DNA of 64,000 nt from Felis catus (Eukaryota), in assembly GCF_018350175.1 (NCBI RefSeq), contig NC_058368.1, positions 34,226,001 through 34,290,000 on the forward strand, written 5' to 3'. A program made the position numbers and the translations under genes. Under the pieces are notes generated by a model. It saw nothing but the letters and a program-made list of their open reading frames with translations, was not told the DNA's origin and ran no database searches. Positions 1 to 13,527 of the stretch are shown in pieces (the first letter of the stretch is position 1; every line of letters starts with the position of its first letter).

Positions 1-200
1 TCATGATCTCATGGTTCCTGGGTTTGAGCCCCATGCCAGGTTCTGTGTTGATGGTACGGAGCCTGCTTGGGATTCTCTCTCTCTCTTTCTCTCTCTCTGT
101 CTCTCTCTGTCTCTCTTTCTCTCTGTCTCTCTCAATGCCCCTCCCCTCTCTATTGCTTCTCTGTCTCAAAATAAATAAATAAACATTTAAAAACATAAAA
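1..200 (+). mobile_element. SINEC (carnivore tRNA-derived SINE), 5' end cut by window edge
   Basis: tcatgatctcatggtt...gagcctgcttgggattctctc, (CT)n tract, aaaataaataaa tail. Confidence 0.93.
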
Positions 201-597
201 TAAAATAAAAATAATAATAATAATAATTGATCTACAAGGACCTTACAATCCTAAAATCAATATGGGAGGGAAATTTAACTCCACATTTTTAAACATTAGT
301 CATTGATATGCTCTCATTCAAAATGTGGTAAACACAATAAAAAACTAAAAGATATTTAATTTTAATATATATTCCTAAAGAAAGAGAGTATATCTGCTAA
401 TATCCCTAGTTTGAGAAGAACTTCCAGAAATGTTTGATCCCCAGACCACTAAATTATCCCACATATTTTATTATAATAACACTAAACAGTTCCATTCCCA
501 GAAGTTTCCGTGCGTTAGATTATTTTAGATTTTCTTACACCTCCTAAGTATGAAATATAGACTAGATATACTTCACAAGATGACCAGTTTCGCTTAC

Positions 598-639
598 CAT
601 GTGCATGTACATTGAAAGTGGTTGAGTCCAGTTGAGTTG
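598..639 (-). other. Candidate 42-nt internal exon of an unidentified minus-strand transcript
   Basis: Minus strand: pyrimidine-rich tract ...ctacctgcttatgtcacag|CAACTC...CACATG|gtaagc; length is a multiple of 3 and all three frames are open. Confidence 0.4.
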
Positions 640-1380
640 CTGTGACATAAGCAGGTAGACAGGTAGTCAGGTAGGTAGAAAGATGCATATGTGGTAGATA
701 GAGATATTTGTGTATTTCCAAAATAAAATAAACATTGATTCAGACTCAGTCATTCTGTTCTTAAATTTATAAGTAAAATTAGTGCTCATGTATGTATTGT
801 AACTTCAGAACCATTACTAGGGTTCTTAGACCCTCTGAAATGCCTCCATTAGTTTTTTTATTGATACCTGAAATTCCGGCATTAATGACTTACTCATTTG
901 ATTATGATTCTATTACAGTTAAAATTGGCAATGAAATATAATAACTGCAAACCAGTTTAGTATAGTGTTAAAATACTTTAGAGTATATTTTGCTTGTGAT
1001 AGACAGCAATGATGAGAAAACAAGTCATCTGGTAGAACGGAAAAGGACCCTGACAATAGGTCAGAGAGAAGAGCGTGCAAAATGTGAGAATCTGAAATGA
1101 ATGTTAATAGATGACAGATTTTTATCTATGAAACAGTTTTCTCGAGAATCAATTCTTGTTGGGGCAGTGAGTGAAATGGTGACACTTTGAAATCCATGAA
1201 TTGACAAGTACTGTCAAGTGTATTATTACTGCAAGTCTAATATCAGGATATTCTCCCCCAGGCGTCAACTAATCTCTGCTTAAATGCACCATAGTCGATT
1301 CTGCCAGTATGCAAAAGAGAATGAAGAAACACAAGAAATGGTCTCACTAAATTAAACTGAATCGTCATCTACGCTTAGCC

Positions 1381-1528
1381 TCTGCCATGGCATCATGATT
1401 CACATTGTCATGGCAACTAATATTTGAAAGAGAGCAAGGATCAAAACAGATATTCTTCTTTGGTTTGATTAACTGAGAGACATTCCAGAGCAAGAAAAGG
1501 TGGATTTTGGTATAGCTTCCATAGCAAT
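1381..1528. promoter_or_regulatory. Cluster of three RFX X-box-like motifs
   Basis: attgtcatggcaac 1404-1417 (rc GTTGCCATGACAAT), tctgccatggcatc 1381-1394, gcttccatagcaat 1515-1528, compared with GTTGCCATGGCAAC. Confidence 0.35.
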
Positions 1529-1624
1529 CTTCAATTTTAATAATTTATTTTCTAAGAGATTTGCATGTTAATGAAGTAAATACTGCTTGCATCTACTTAG
1601 AACAACCTAAGAATTATTTTTCTT

Positions 1625-1960
1625 TTAATAAATGTCCACTATATGGTACCCATTTGCCCAGAATATATGCTAGGCTTTAGAGATACAAAGACCAGAGAAA
1701 AATCAGGCAGATTTCCTGACCTCCAGAAACTCACTATTTAATGTGAACAGCAGTTCTACTTATTGTTTAGCCAATTATAATGCAATGCATATGGGATAGT
1801 GTATAAACAAATAGGTAAGAAACTGAAGTAAGGAGCATCACTAATTCTGCTTGAGAAATAAGACAATCTCAAAGAGATGAGATTTGAACTGGAATTTAAG
1901 AATAAACTGGGGAAATAACTTAGCCATGCATCTGAAATGATCAGAAACTCTGCTAGTGCT
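1625..1960 (-). mobile_element. L2 LINE fragment (degenerate)
   Basis: tgctaggctttagagatacaaag...cctgacctccagaaactcact..., typical antisense L2 3' pattern. Confidence 0.55.
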
Positions 1961-2740
1961 CATCACAGAATTAGGCAATATAAATATTTTTTGAAGGAAA
2001 TAAATTGTACATACTACCATTTCTATAGCATATAATATGTTGCATCAGTACTGGTTTAGGAAGAGTGTCAAATTAGACAGAAATAATAAAATATAAACTC
2101 TTAGATTTTCCTTTGTGGACCCACTCATCAATCTGTTCAACATTTATCAAAATACGCTTTATAAACATCATGTTGAAAACAATTCTCATTATTGCATAGC
2201 ACCAGAACATAAATATAGGGTAGCAACCAAGTCTTATAACTCACGTATATGCATTATAAAATGTTTACTGATATTTTATTGCAAAAAATAATAAAATGAT
2301 TTTATCTTTGTTTTCAGACTTGATGGTCATGCTATAGAAGAGTAAAAAGAGATCAACCAAAGAAGGAATACAATAGCTTTGATCTGCTCTCTCTGCAAGA
2401 TATTGAAGATAGGGCAATCTGTGATTTTAATGAATTCAATTAATATCGTCAAAAGAATTCTATTTGATCAAGTTGTGTATACTTCAGCAGTAATTGTTTC
2501 AGAACCAAATGCATCCAGTATAACTTGAAAAGCCAGTCACTAGGAGAAAGCCAAGAAAGAATAATCAGAAATGTGCCCTTAAGAATACCATATAACAAAA
2601 ATATTGAATGGCACATAAATTCTTTAGTATCAGAGCACATTAAAGAATCTGAAGGCATGCACAGTATATAAAAATAGATCACATTTGTATACACTTTACA
2701 AATTAAGTTGACTCCTGTTTTTACATTTATTTCTCTCGTC

Positions 2741-2958
2741 TTTTTTTTTTTAATTTTTTTTTATGTTTATTTACTTTTCAGAGAGAGAGAGTGTGAGCAA
2801 GGGAGGGTCATAGAGAGAGGGATACACAGAATTTGAAGCAGGCTCCAGGCTCTGAGCTGTCTGCACAGAGCCCGATGCGGGGCTCGAACCCATGAACTGT
2901 GAGATCATGACCTGAGCCGAAGTCAGAGGCTTAACTGACTGAGCCACCCAGGCACCCC
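2741..2958 (-). mobile_element. SINEC_Fc-type SINE
   Basis: Poly-T, gagagag tract, ...gactgagccacccaggcacccc (rc of the SINEC 5' end). Confidence 0.96.
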
Positions 2959-3309
2959 TCAATGGTCTTATATAGTAAGAATAGACTGGAAACTATATGC
3001 TTATTGTGTAAATGAGAAGACAGATTTTTGAAGCTAGGTGGTTTGTGTTGTTAATGAGAAGCCCAGAAATGCATTTTCTTTACAAAATGCATGGTCTTTA
3101 CATCAATGTTAAGTAAATTACATAGAGAAGTCTGTATCATCAGGTTCTCAAATTTAAAAATCAGTGAACTGAGTCTTCATTTATGCTATCGCCAGTCTTC
3201 AAAGTTAATTACCTTGAACCAAATGGATGATACAGTTTATTCGAATATGTCTTCAATTTTTCCCCATCTTGAAGAAATTTGAAGTCTCTGAGCTTTTTAA
3301 AACAAAACA

Positions 3310-3900
3310 AACAAAACTATTCCATCTGATCAACTATGTGGAAATTTTTACTATGATAATAAATTTCAGAAAATAGACCATATACTTATAGAGAAAAGAT
3401 ATACACAAATGTAAGTCATATGAGCCAACCAATGGTAAGGTCTAATGAATGGTTCAGACAGTCATTACAGGAGTTATTTTCAGCATTTGTAGTCAACCAA
3501 GGGTTCATAAGTAAGAGACAATTTTGGGTTATACCTATACTGTTGGATATGTGACACAAACGTGAAACAAAGAGTAGGTATAAGTGAATTTATGATCACA
3601 TCAAAGAGTAAATGCTTTTTGATTAGTATGGCATGTTTATGAGGTTAAAAAGATAGATTGTGATGAGATTGTGGGCAGATTTAAGGGGAGCAACTTTAGC
3701 TGATATTTGTAGATGGGGAATGTTAATCTAGTTTCCATTGGTAGAATAGACTGGAATTAAGACAATGCTTGCAAGAATCTACATTAAAAAGCCTACACAA
3801 TGGGCTGACAGAGGACATGGAAAAAGAAAACCAAATGCCAGAGACTTCCGCAAGCCTCAAGATAAGAATGCCGTCAAAGACAGTTTCTGGGATCTCAAGA
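3310..3900 (-). mobile_element. L2 fragments (degenerate)
   Basis: Purine-rich antisense L2-like motifs; boundaries approximate. Confidence 0.35.
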
Positions 3901-4578
3901 CTGTGTTATGAAAAGAACTACTTGAAAGAGCTCTTCCTTAGAGCACTTCTCTTCTAAAGGTCTTTGTGGAATATAGAAAGAACCTTGGGAAGCAAAGAGA
4001 GATGATTGCAAATCAGGTGTTTCCCTGCAGGTTTCTTCATGATCAGTTAGTCTTTTGAAAAGGAAACTTCCCCACATGCAAACCCTTACAAATGAAAAAG
4101 ACAAAAAACAAAAAACAAAAAACAAAAAAACCGCGAAGACTTCAGGATATTATACAGTAAGTTAGTAGTGAAAATTGATAGACTGCTTTCACTCCAGCAT
4201 TTCAAAATGATTCTTTTTTTCTATTCAGTGATCCCTCTCAAGGTCTTCCAGATTTGTTTTCCCCATTGCTGTTCTTTTATAATTTTTTTCCTGGCAAGAT
4301 AAACAACCTTTTAGTTATGAAACCTTACACACTTCCTCTGCATAAAGCATGCGTCTTACTTCTTTCTTCATGTCCACGGGGGTTTCTGGAGTTGCCTTTC
4401 TTACAAAGTACAATACAATGTTACATGCATTTCCGTCCCTTCTCCCTTCTTAAATTGAGAGTCACGCAGTGACTCTTCATTTTTTCCCTTAATTTCCTTC
4501 AACACATATACTCTTGCATCCCCCACACCCACACACATCACATTTTCACCCTCGCTGTTAAAGTTCCTTGCCACTTAC

Positions 4579-4862
4579 TCGATGAGTTCTGATGACAGTG
4601 CAAAAACTGTGTTGTTTGGCATATTGCTTCTTTTTGATGCACAAAAGCGAAGTTTATGTGGATGCTCCGAGTGCATAGGATTTGTTGTTAAGACTGATAA
4701 ATTTCAGAAGTCAGTGTAGTGAGATGGTCGTATTTGATTTGATTCTAAAAGATACATGAAGAGACACTTTCTCAGTTTTATGCTGTTTCCATGCCACCAG
4801 TTTTACAGTAGATGCAGCCCTTGCCGAATTTCGCAGACACCACAAAAAACTGTGGACAATTT
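4579..4862 (-). other. Candidate first or internal exon of a minus-strand transcript (5' boundary uncertain)
   Basis: Consensus donor CGA|gtaagt at 4579/4578; possible acceptors before 4744 (tcttttag) or 4862 (tttacag); ATG at 4676 open to the donor (MHSEHPHKLRFCASKRSNMPNNTVFALSSELI). Confidence 0.35.
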
Positions 4863-5479
4863 CTGTAAATATAACACTCCAATAATTACTTCAAGTACAG
4901 TACACACGTCATCATATTCATTTGCCATTTTCATGGTGGCTTGTCCTTTCCACATTTTATTATTCATTTATGATAGCTATTATAGGCCTTTCAGATTCTA
5001 TCTTGCTCTCCTGAGGAATATTTATGGCTATTATAGGGCTCTTATGAGAAGACCCAAAGATAGTTATTGCAGAAACCCTGTGAAATGCTACATTAGTACA
5101 GGGATTGGCTGGCAGTAAAAGATCTCAAGTTGTTTCAGAGTCCCCCTTGATGAAGATAAAGAGGCAGGTCACTCCTGGTGAGGTTTCCTTTTCACCCAAG
5201 AGAACCAAGTTATTTTTGACATAGAGGTTAGAACGCATAAATTAACACAGTTCTGCAAATAAGAGCTGTTTTGAAAAGGTCACCAGGAGGAAAGCAAGAA
5301 AGGATTTAGGGTGTATTTGCAAACAGATTTTGTGCATGTAGTTTATAACTCTATAGCAGAATTTCTCAGAGAATGTACTAATGGGAAGATGTGAGTTACG
5401 TGAAAAAGAAATGGCAATGTCTTAGCCAGCATAAAGTACAGATTTTATCTCTTATCTGACAAGCGTCCTAGTCCCCTGT

Positions 5480-5610
5480 CATAGGATTTAGAATGTAAGC
5501 TCCTCAAGGGAAGGGCACCAGAATGCCCCATTTACCTCATATCCTAAGCCGCTAGAACAGGGTCTGGCACATAAGAGTCACTTAATTAGTATTTGAGGAA
5601 TGCATACACG
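5480..5610 (+). mobile_element. L2 3' end
   Basis: ttagaatgtaagctcctcaaggg...ctggcacataagagtcacttaattagtatttgaggaatg. Confidence 0.75.
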
Positions 5611-6289
5611 AACTTCTACCATATTTGCTAAAGGTATTCATTTATTCATTCATTAATTTATCATTATTCTTCCACGGAGAGATTTTTAAAAATATTTTTG
5701 GTTAAGAAAGTTGATTTGCTATAATGGAATGACACATGTTAGTCCACAGTAAAAAGCTGAGCAGTCAAAATGCCTTCTGATTTCTTAAGTTGCCACATGT
5801 TCCTTTATTCAAAGAAGCTATTAATTTTTTTGAGAAGTGATATATTCTTTCCATTGCTTTCTCTAAACCCCTGTAACTGATCATCAGATGTAAACATTAA
5901 GAAATTAATTTAATTCTAGATTATTTGCAAAGTGACTGACGTTAAACATAATGTTTCCCATTTTACCAAACAATTCCAATCTTGATCAAAGGAAACCAGA
6001 AGACACAAGAGGAAATAATTTTCACTTCAGTGAAGAATAATTTTGCCCGAGATTTTCTCATTTACCATTTTCTTTGGAGCAATTACAAAAGTGAGATAGA
6101 GTTGGGTCTGGAGATTTATTTAATTCTTATGTATAATTTAAGGTCAAATTGTAGCAAGTGTCATGTTATTGCCCAAAAATATCAGCTGTAGTCACTATTT
6201 TAACTTTATGAAAAACAACTCATAAATTATTCACATGGGCATGAAGGAGGAAAGCAAAAATTATTGCAGGTTTTGAAAAAAGGTAGATT

Positions 6290-6440
6290 TTTGCTTGAAA
6301 CCCAGCCCAGCTAATAACTAACTGTATAACCTTACACTCTTAACGTTTCTGGTTTATTTCCCTCATGTGATAAATAGAAAGCAAAACAAACCCTCTAACT
6401 CATAGGGTTATTGTGAGAATTGAGTGAAATAAATACTATG
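6290..6440 (+). mobile_element. MIR
   Basis: MIR core: actaactgtataacctt...tttccctcatgtgataaat...ctcatagggttattgtgagaattgagtga. Confidence 0.7.
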
Positions 6441-7254
6441 AATACAAAAGAAGATGATAACATTTAGATTTGGTTCTAAGTTAGAAATATTTTGGATTCA
6501 TAGATATTTATCACGTTTGACAGAAACATTTAGCAGATACCCGCAGCAAAAACTGTGGCCCATGAACAAGTGAAGGGGAATAGGTCAGGAGACAAGGTCT
6601 GGTGACTCATGCTAGTCCTCTGTTTATTGGTCATGGTAACCTAGACATCCATGTCTTCCAGTTAAGCTCCAATCTCTTAATTTACAAAATATTGATATGA
6701 ATTCACCTTACCGAATTCTAATAAAAATACCATTAAATAGTAAAGTTTAAAGACATTTTAACATCAGGTCATTTCTACATATGAAGCATTGTTGCAGCCA
6801 ATCAACCACTATGTCCCTGATCCTTTTGCATAATGGAACATATCCACGTGATATTACAAACATGAAGTTTGATTTTGCATTATTCCTTATATACTCATAT
6901 GTTTTTGACTGTTTCTTGCCTTCCCAGTATTTTTAGCCATCTGATCACTGACAAATTATAATATCTTCCATGCCTATGAGAAAACACATAGAATTGGCCC
7001 TTCAGGGACCTTGTTACTGTGTATTTTAAAGAGCAAAAGCAAAAATCCAAAATAGATCTAGAAATGAATTCTCTGTGTAGGTGATCATGCTGATATTCAC
7101 CCAATGTATCCCTTTCTCTTTCGTCATGCGTGTCTACTCTCATATTTTATTATTGTTAGACTATCAACCAAGAAGAAGGTCGTCTAGGCTCAAGATTATA
7201 AGGAGTTCTTAATGTGCTTAGGATAGTTTAGTTTTTGTTTTCTCTTATCTGCAG

Positions 7255-7359
7255 TTTGTGGATAATACAAGACACAGTCAGTGCTTTGGATTTCATTTTA
7301 CCTCAGCACAAAGTTCTTTAATGGACCATGCTTGTTCTGGTGATATGCTCATTGCCCAG
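7255..7359 (+). other. Candidate 105-nt exon
   Basis: Strong acceptor tttttgttttctcttatctgcag|; weak donor CAG|gtatcc; frame 0 open (FVDNTRHSQCFGFHFTSAQSSLMDHACSGDMLIAQ). Confidence 0.25.
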
Positions 7360-8093
7360 GTATCCAACAGCTTGTGTCAGTCATCTTCATTGTATTAGCT
7401 ACCTGTAAATGCAGCTCCCTGCAAGATGAAATGACCTGGGACCAATTAATTGAAAATGAAAAAAAAATGTAGTAAATGCCGTTGGGAGTGATTAACAAAA
7501 CTAGTTATGCATCAATTGCAGATGGCCAGAGACACTGCTTGCCAAATGGAGTTGGCTACATACAAAGGAGAACATATTGTTCAAGCAGCAGGACTTGTGA
7601 AGGATGTAGAAATTCCAGAAAAATGGGCATGAACAGATGCAACATTACCTAGATTCAACAAATGGGAAGTGTTCTCTTATTGCTTAGTTGTTGTTGGTTC
7701 AAGCAAGATATATATGTTATGAGCACAAGTACATTAAACATCAAACGTGATCTCCTAAAGTCATTAAGCCTATAGCCATATAGATCTCTTGGCTACTACT
7801 CACCCTAGAAAGTTATTCACTTGGGGCTTATAGTTAAATTTTCTGTGTGTGTTTTTAGTCAGTAAGAATTTTCCTAATTATAGTCACATGGCTAAAAACT
7901 TCATTCTCCAGGCTGTCTCATCATAAACTACCCTTCTCTGTCAATGATAAGCTTTCTTGCTTAATCAAAGACAAACCAGAGTCCATGTCTGTGAAAGCTG
8001 TTTTCCATTCTTTAAACAACTCTTCTCTGAATTGAAGCATCTAAATCAATCAAACTCTTCCCTTCCTATCAAGTTATGAATTTAAGAAGTATA

Positions 8094-8554
<461 letters not shown>

Positions 8555-8780
8555 GAACTGTAGAAATTCCCTTGATAGGAATACTTCCCAATACTTCTGT
8601 GAGACATACAGTTGGCCAAGATAATGCCCTTTCACCTGGCTCTACAAACAGGTCTTTATCTGAGTAGGGCTCCAGTGACCACACTAAATCTGTACCTGCA
8701 CGTTCAATTTAGTGATAGCCTCTAAGAAGTGGGGGGAACTAGCCTGAAGGTAAAATTTTGAATATCAAATAAAATTATTT

Positions 8781-9000
8781 GGGGCACCTGGGTTGCTCAG
8801 TCGGTTAAGCCTCTGACTTCGGCTTAGGTCATGATCTCATGGTTTGTGAGTTCAAGCTTTGCATGGGGCTCCATGCTGACAGCTTAGAGCCTGAAACCTG
8901 CTTCGGCTTCTGTGTCTCATTCTCTCTCTGCCCCTCCCCAACTTGTGCTCTGTCTCTCTCTGTCTCTCAAAAATAAATAAATGGAAAAATAATTTAAAAA
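8781..9000 (+). mobile_element. SINEC_Fc-type SINE
   Basis: ggggcacctgggttgctcagtcggttaag...(CT)n, aaaataaataaa. Confidence 0.96.
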
Positions 9001-10160
9001 TATTAGACACTACTATTCATTTGTTTTTACCACTTAGAACCTGACTATAATCTCCCAAGGCTAATTACTAATTAGATCTCAGCCACAAGTTCTACTGTTT
9101 ATCATAGTTGCCAAATAGCTTCTATTATTCAGTGATCATATCATTTCAAGACAGTTACTCTTAATAAAATAAACTCTATTTTTTGAATAATAATTGTTAC
9201 TAAGTTAGCCATTATTACTGCAGTGACAAGACTGGAAAATGGCATGGGAATATCACTTCTCAGTTCATCTGGGTTATACTTTCTGAAACACAAATGATAT
9301 CAACAGACATTTTATACCATTGCAAAAGGATTTCTGGGATAATTCATCTAAAGTACTAGTGCTTAACCTTTTCAACCTGATGCCGGGACATTCACTAGCA
9401 ACTGGTTGGTTAAGGGTGGCAATCAGAAAGATTTTACAGCCCATTGAAAATGTCATTCATGACTCATATTTCAGTATGGTACTGTTAGCATCCCTTTAAA
9501 ATCTTATTTAATGACACATGCATACTAGACTATCAGCACAAAGGAATTCAATTTACTCTTTTCAGTTCCAAAACACAAGATAAGTCAATAGGATTCTCTC
9601 CAGACCCAGAAAAAATTCTTCCATTTTCCTTGAAAAGGATCTGTTTTTGATGGACTCGCATGAATGCAAAGATACATCTTAATCTTGTGCTAATTCAAAG
9701 AACATCACAACATGTTAAAAAAAATAAAATTTATTAGCTGTAACTAGGTTGAATATCTCTTTTAAGCTCCTATTCTGCTAAGCTGGTGGGAAAATTAATC
9801 TCAGATGTTTTCAGTGTTTTCCACCCCATCAAGCTTGTGTCATGTTTATAGGGCACTAAATTTTTTCAAAGGACTTGGGGAAAGGTTCCTAGTCTTCGGT
9901 CATCTGTCCAGGGATATTTCTAGAGACATCTCTCACCCTCTTAATTCTAATATTTGCTATCCAACAGCTCCCTGTGTTTCTCTGGTACCCTTGGGGTACA
10001 AGAATCTTTGTGAGAGTGAGAAGTTTTGTCTAATAGCTATTCTGTCAAGGGTTCCTTTGCTCTGATTATCTCACAGATTTCTGTGTGGTTTATTGCTTCT
10101 AAGCACATTGAAGAAATGGAGACAAATCTCTCCCTTTCGGTCTTTTTTCTTTTCTACCAG

Positions 10161-10293
10161 GACTGGGAGATTGTCTTCTAATCTCTTTTGGGAGATTAAG
10201 AATTGGGTTGATGCATAGTTTTTCCTAATGCTTCTGGGCAAGATATTTTTCCAACGCATGCAAACTGTATTCCAGCTCTGGAGTGGCATATTT
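10161..10293 (+). other. Candidate 133-nt non-coding or start-containing exon
   Basis: Strong acceptor tcttttttcttttctaccag| and donor TTT|gtaagt; stops in all frames near the 5' end; ATG at 10228 open to the donor. Confidence 0.4.
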
Positions 10294-11259
10294 GTAAGTT
10301 GTATCTTATTCTACCTTGACATATTAATGGCAGTGGGTAATGGCAACATCCTGGATCTTACAGAAAAGAATGATAGATCTGTGCCTGCATATTCAAAACC
10401 AATAGGCTCATTATAACATTGACGCTAATGTGCAGGTGTATATGGATACCTAGCTGGCCTTAAAAACACTTTCTTCTCAGGTCCAAGTCAGAGGGTATAA
10501 CATGAAACAACCTTCAAACGCCTATGCATCAAGTTCAACTTAAAGCTTTTGCTAATTCTCAGAGACCACCTTGAAGACAACTATGATCTAAAATCACCAC
10601 AACTTTCTAGGTGGGTTCAAAATAGGGAAATATATATTGAAGCTGTAAAGATATCTTGGGAAGTTAGAATCCTTCCAGCAAGTGCATTTTTAGAAATATA
10701 TGCAGTGCTTCTTGGTAACTCTTAGGAGATTTCAGTCAGTCTTTAAAGGACAAAAGGGATGGAACTTTACGAAAGCATTTCTAAAACAAGGAAAGTTTTG
10801 GCCATAAAGAACTGAAAATAATTTTTTTGGCTCACTATTCTAGAATTAATCTGTACTTGACTGTGAAAAAAATCCACATTAATTTATGGGAGGAATGGAT
10901 GAAGTGGCAATGAAATTATTTTCAAGGGAAACTGAAGAGAATAAAAATATCCACGTATATCTACCAAAAAAAAAATCTACCCAACTTTTGCTATTACAGT
11001 TGCCAGTGATAGAAATATCTGTATAGATACTCCTGAGTACACCCCTTATTTAAGGTATATGAATTATTTTCAGTTGATATTATCAATAACCTGATGTAGT
11101 TTAAGAACATAAGTTATTGGTTTTTTAGTGATGAATTTGCAATCATTTTCTATTATGTCCCTTTAAAACACGCTGAAACTGTGTGTTTGAAAAAACATGG
11201 AAAGATTTTGTGAATGTTTTCAATGTATATTTTATGATAGACAAAATAGCACATGTCAT

Positions 11260-11600
11260 GTAACAAACATATCATGTGCCCAGTATGTTGCCAGATAGTA
11301 AAAACAGCCATGAATAAACCATGGGCTATGCTTTCAAGAAGCTTGCAATAGAGTGGGGGAAACAGGGAAGTAAATAGAAAAGTATGATCCAATATTCCTG
11401 TTGAAATATGGGTGAGAACTCAGAGAGGAGAACAACTAACTAATCCCTGGAAAATAAAATTAAAATTTCACAACGGAAATGGCATTTGAGCTGTCTTGTA
11501 AAGGATGAATACCAGCTCTTTAGGTGAAAGAGTAATGAAATGGAAATCTAGGTTGAGGGAAAAGAAAATGGAAAGGCAATGTATGAAAACAAAAGGCATG
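11260..11600 (-). mobile_element. L2 fragment
   Basis: catgtgcccagtatgttgccagatagtaaaaacagccatgaataaa...ggcatttgagctgtcttgtaaaggatgaat. Confidence 0.6.
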
Positions 11601-11789
11601 ATGGCGTCTGTGGAAACTTCTTCGCATTTTATTTTTGTCCATGTAGCTTATGAAGGAGCCAGGTATTAGATGGAATAGGAAAATAGAAATCAAATCTTTC
11701 CACTGAACCAAATGATTTTCACTCCGTTTAAGACATAGTTGCAGTGCACTCATGAATATGGTAATAGCAATAGTATAGTAATAGTAATA

Positions 11790-12120
11790 ATAATGATAAT
11801 CTCTGCCATGCCTCCATTAAATGGTTACTAAGCGTTAGCTATTTGAATCCTCATAATCATCCTTCATTTATAGCTGAGGAATCCTTGGCTCAAAGACGTT
11901 AAGTCATCTTCTCAATTGCTAGTAGTAAGTTCTAGAGAAAACATTTAAACCTAAGTCCTGTTTGCAGCTTCTTTGACGAGCTGAGAGTAAGTAAATGGAT
12001 TATTTGGTCTTGCTGATTTCTTTACCTATAAGTTGGCAATTACAGTAATACCTAAATCCTAGGGTTATTGTGATCGAATAAGAAAATGTGAAAGAAAGAG
12101 TTTTGTAAATAGCAATGTGT
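11790..12120. mobile_element. Two adjacent MIR fragments (minus, then plus)
   Basis: tttatagctgaggaatccttggctcaaagacgttaagtcat (minus); acctaaatcctagggttattgtga (plus). Confidence 0.55.
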
Positions 12121-12253
12121 GGAATCACTATAACTGATACAAATAAAGAATATTCGAGGGAGTCAAGCTCTTTTAAAAATTAAAGATGGTACGATTAGGT
12201 AAATTCAGCCAGGCTAACTTTATGTTCTTGGAACAGTTTACTCATGGCAGAGG

Positions 12254-12535
12254 CAATGTTTTTCAGGATACATTTCCTAGAAAACAGTTTCTACACACTA
12301 TGAATAGGTTTAATTGTGGGAAAGTGCTACACATTTAGAAAACACTGAGCTAAACACATTTAAACTATTTTTTTTTTAATTTTAGAATTTCTCAGAGCCT
12401 TCAATATATATTCAATGAATCTCCAAGGACTAGTTGAGTCTGAGGGATTTACCAAATTTATTCGAGCTCAGAAAATTATTTTCTTGGAAATTCTCATGGG
12501 ACTAGGATTTTATGGAATACATTTTGGAAATCCTG
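12254..12535. mobile_element. MER103-like non-autonomous hAT-Charlie DNA transposon
   Basis: Degenerate TIRs caatgtttttca...ttggaaatcctg; internal aaacactgagctaaaca...ttctcagagccttcaatat...gaatctccaag. Confidence 0.65.
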
Positions 12536-12829
12536 ATTATGAACCATGATTTTAACCTTGCGGTCTATGTATTAACATTAGTGTAGAAATAAATTTAAAA
12601 AATAATTATTCTAATGCTTGGGTAACACTTGAATTCATATTACTTCACAATCACCTAGAAATACTAATTAAGAGAGGAGGCAAAGTCTCAGTAAAATGGG
12701 ACTTTTAATATGTCACATTTAGCATTGTGTCAGACTCTTGATTATCAAATGTTACAAGTTCAGAGCATTGGCCTTTCAAACATTCTCTCCCATGCCCTGC
12801 CTCCCAGTATTTTTCTCTCACATACATTT

Positions 12830-13255
12830 TCTTTTCCCTGAGCTTCCTTTACAGCTGGAATTCAGTTCAGTTCTGGCTAATTAGATATTATATGATGAGG
12901 GCTCAGGGATATTTTGTTGAAGATTTTTGTCCTCGATGGAAGGAGAGAGGCACGTGAGGTGAATGCTCTTCTCTCACAACCTTTGCTCTTTTTTCCTGCC
13001 TTTGAACACAGTGTGCTAGGGCATGATGATTTGGCCAAAGCAGTCAGTTTCAGTCATGAAGATGAAAGAAAACACACTGGGAATTCAGAGTAGAAGGTCA
13101 GGAAAAAACCTGGGTCCTGGGTGACATTGTTAAGCTATCAAAAAACCCAGGACACCTTACCTTTGACTTCTCATTACTGACAATCACTTGCTATATGATT
13201 TAAACCTCCATTAATTTCAGTTTCCTCTTATTTATAGTCCAATGCCTCCTACTTG
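12830..13255 (+). mobile_element. Old MaLR LTR (MLT1J/K-like)
   Basis: aaaacctgggtcctgggtgacattgttaagct...tttaaacctccattaatttcagtttcctcttatttatagtccaa. Confidence 0.5.
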
Positions 13256-13527
13256 GATGAAAGACATTTTATAGATGGGCTTCTATATGGATGCTCCAGA
13301 GAGTTTGGGATGATAGAGTATTGCTTAATCACAGGCCCCCTACAACACACACTTATGTCCCATATGTCATCTTTTCTTTCTTGTCTGTGTTCTAACTTTA
13401 TGTCACATACGATATAAGTGTGGTATGTGTGGAATAATTATTTTAGAAAAGTGAGATAAAGAAATAGTTTTTTTAATCTATCCACCATCACCACAAAAGA
13501 GTTTGTGTGTGTGCATGTATTTGTGTG

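Noticed and set aside
2771..2962. Recurrent ORFs of the type MRGAWVAQSVK...AQVMIS (also 27651, 33065, 36989, 49017, 55355, 56775, 59022)
   Set aside because: These are translations of SINEC elements, not a protein family.
4756..5118. 120-aa plus-strand ORF
   Set aside because: No recognisable domain and random AT-rich composition; length is within chance expectation.
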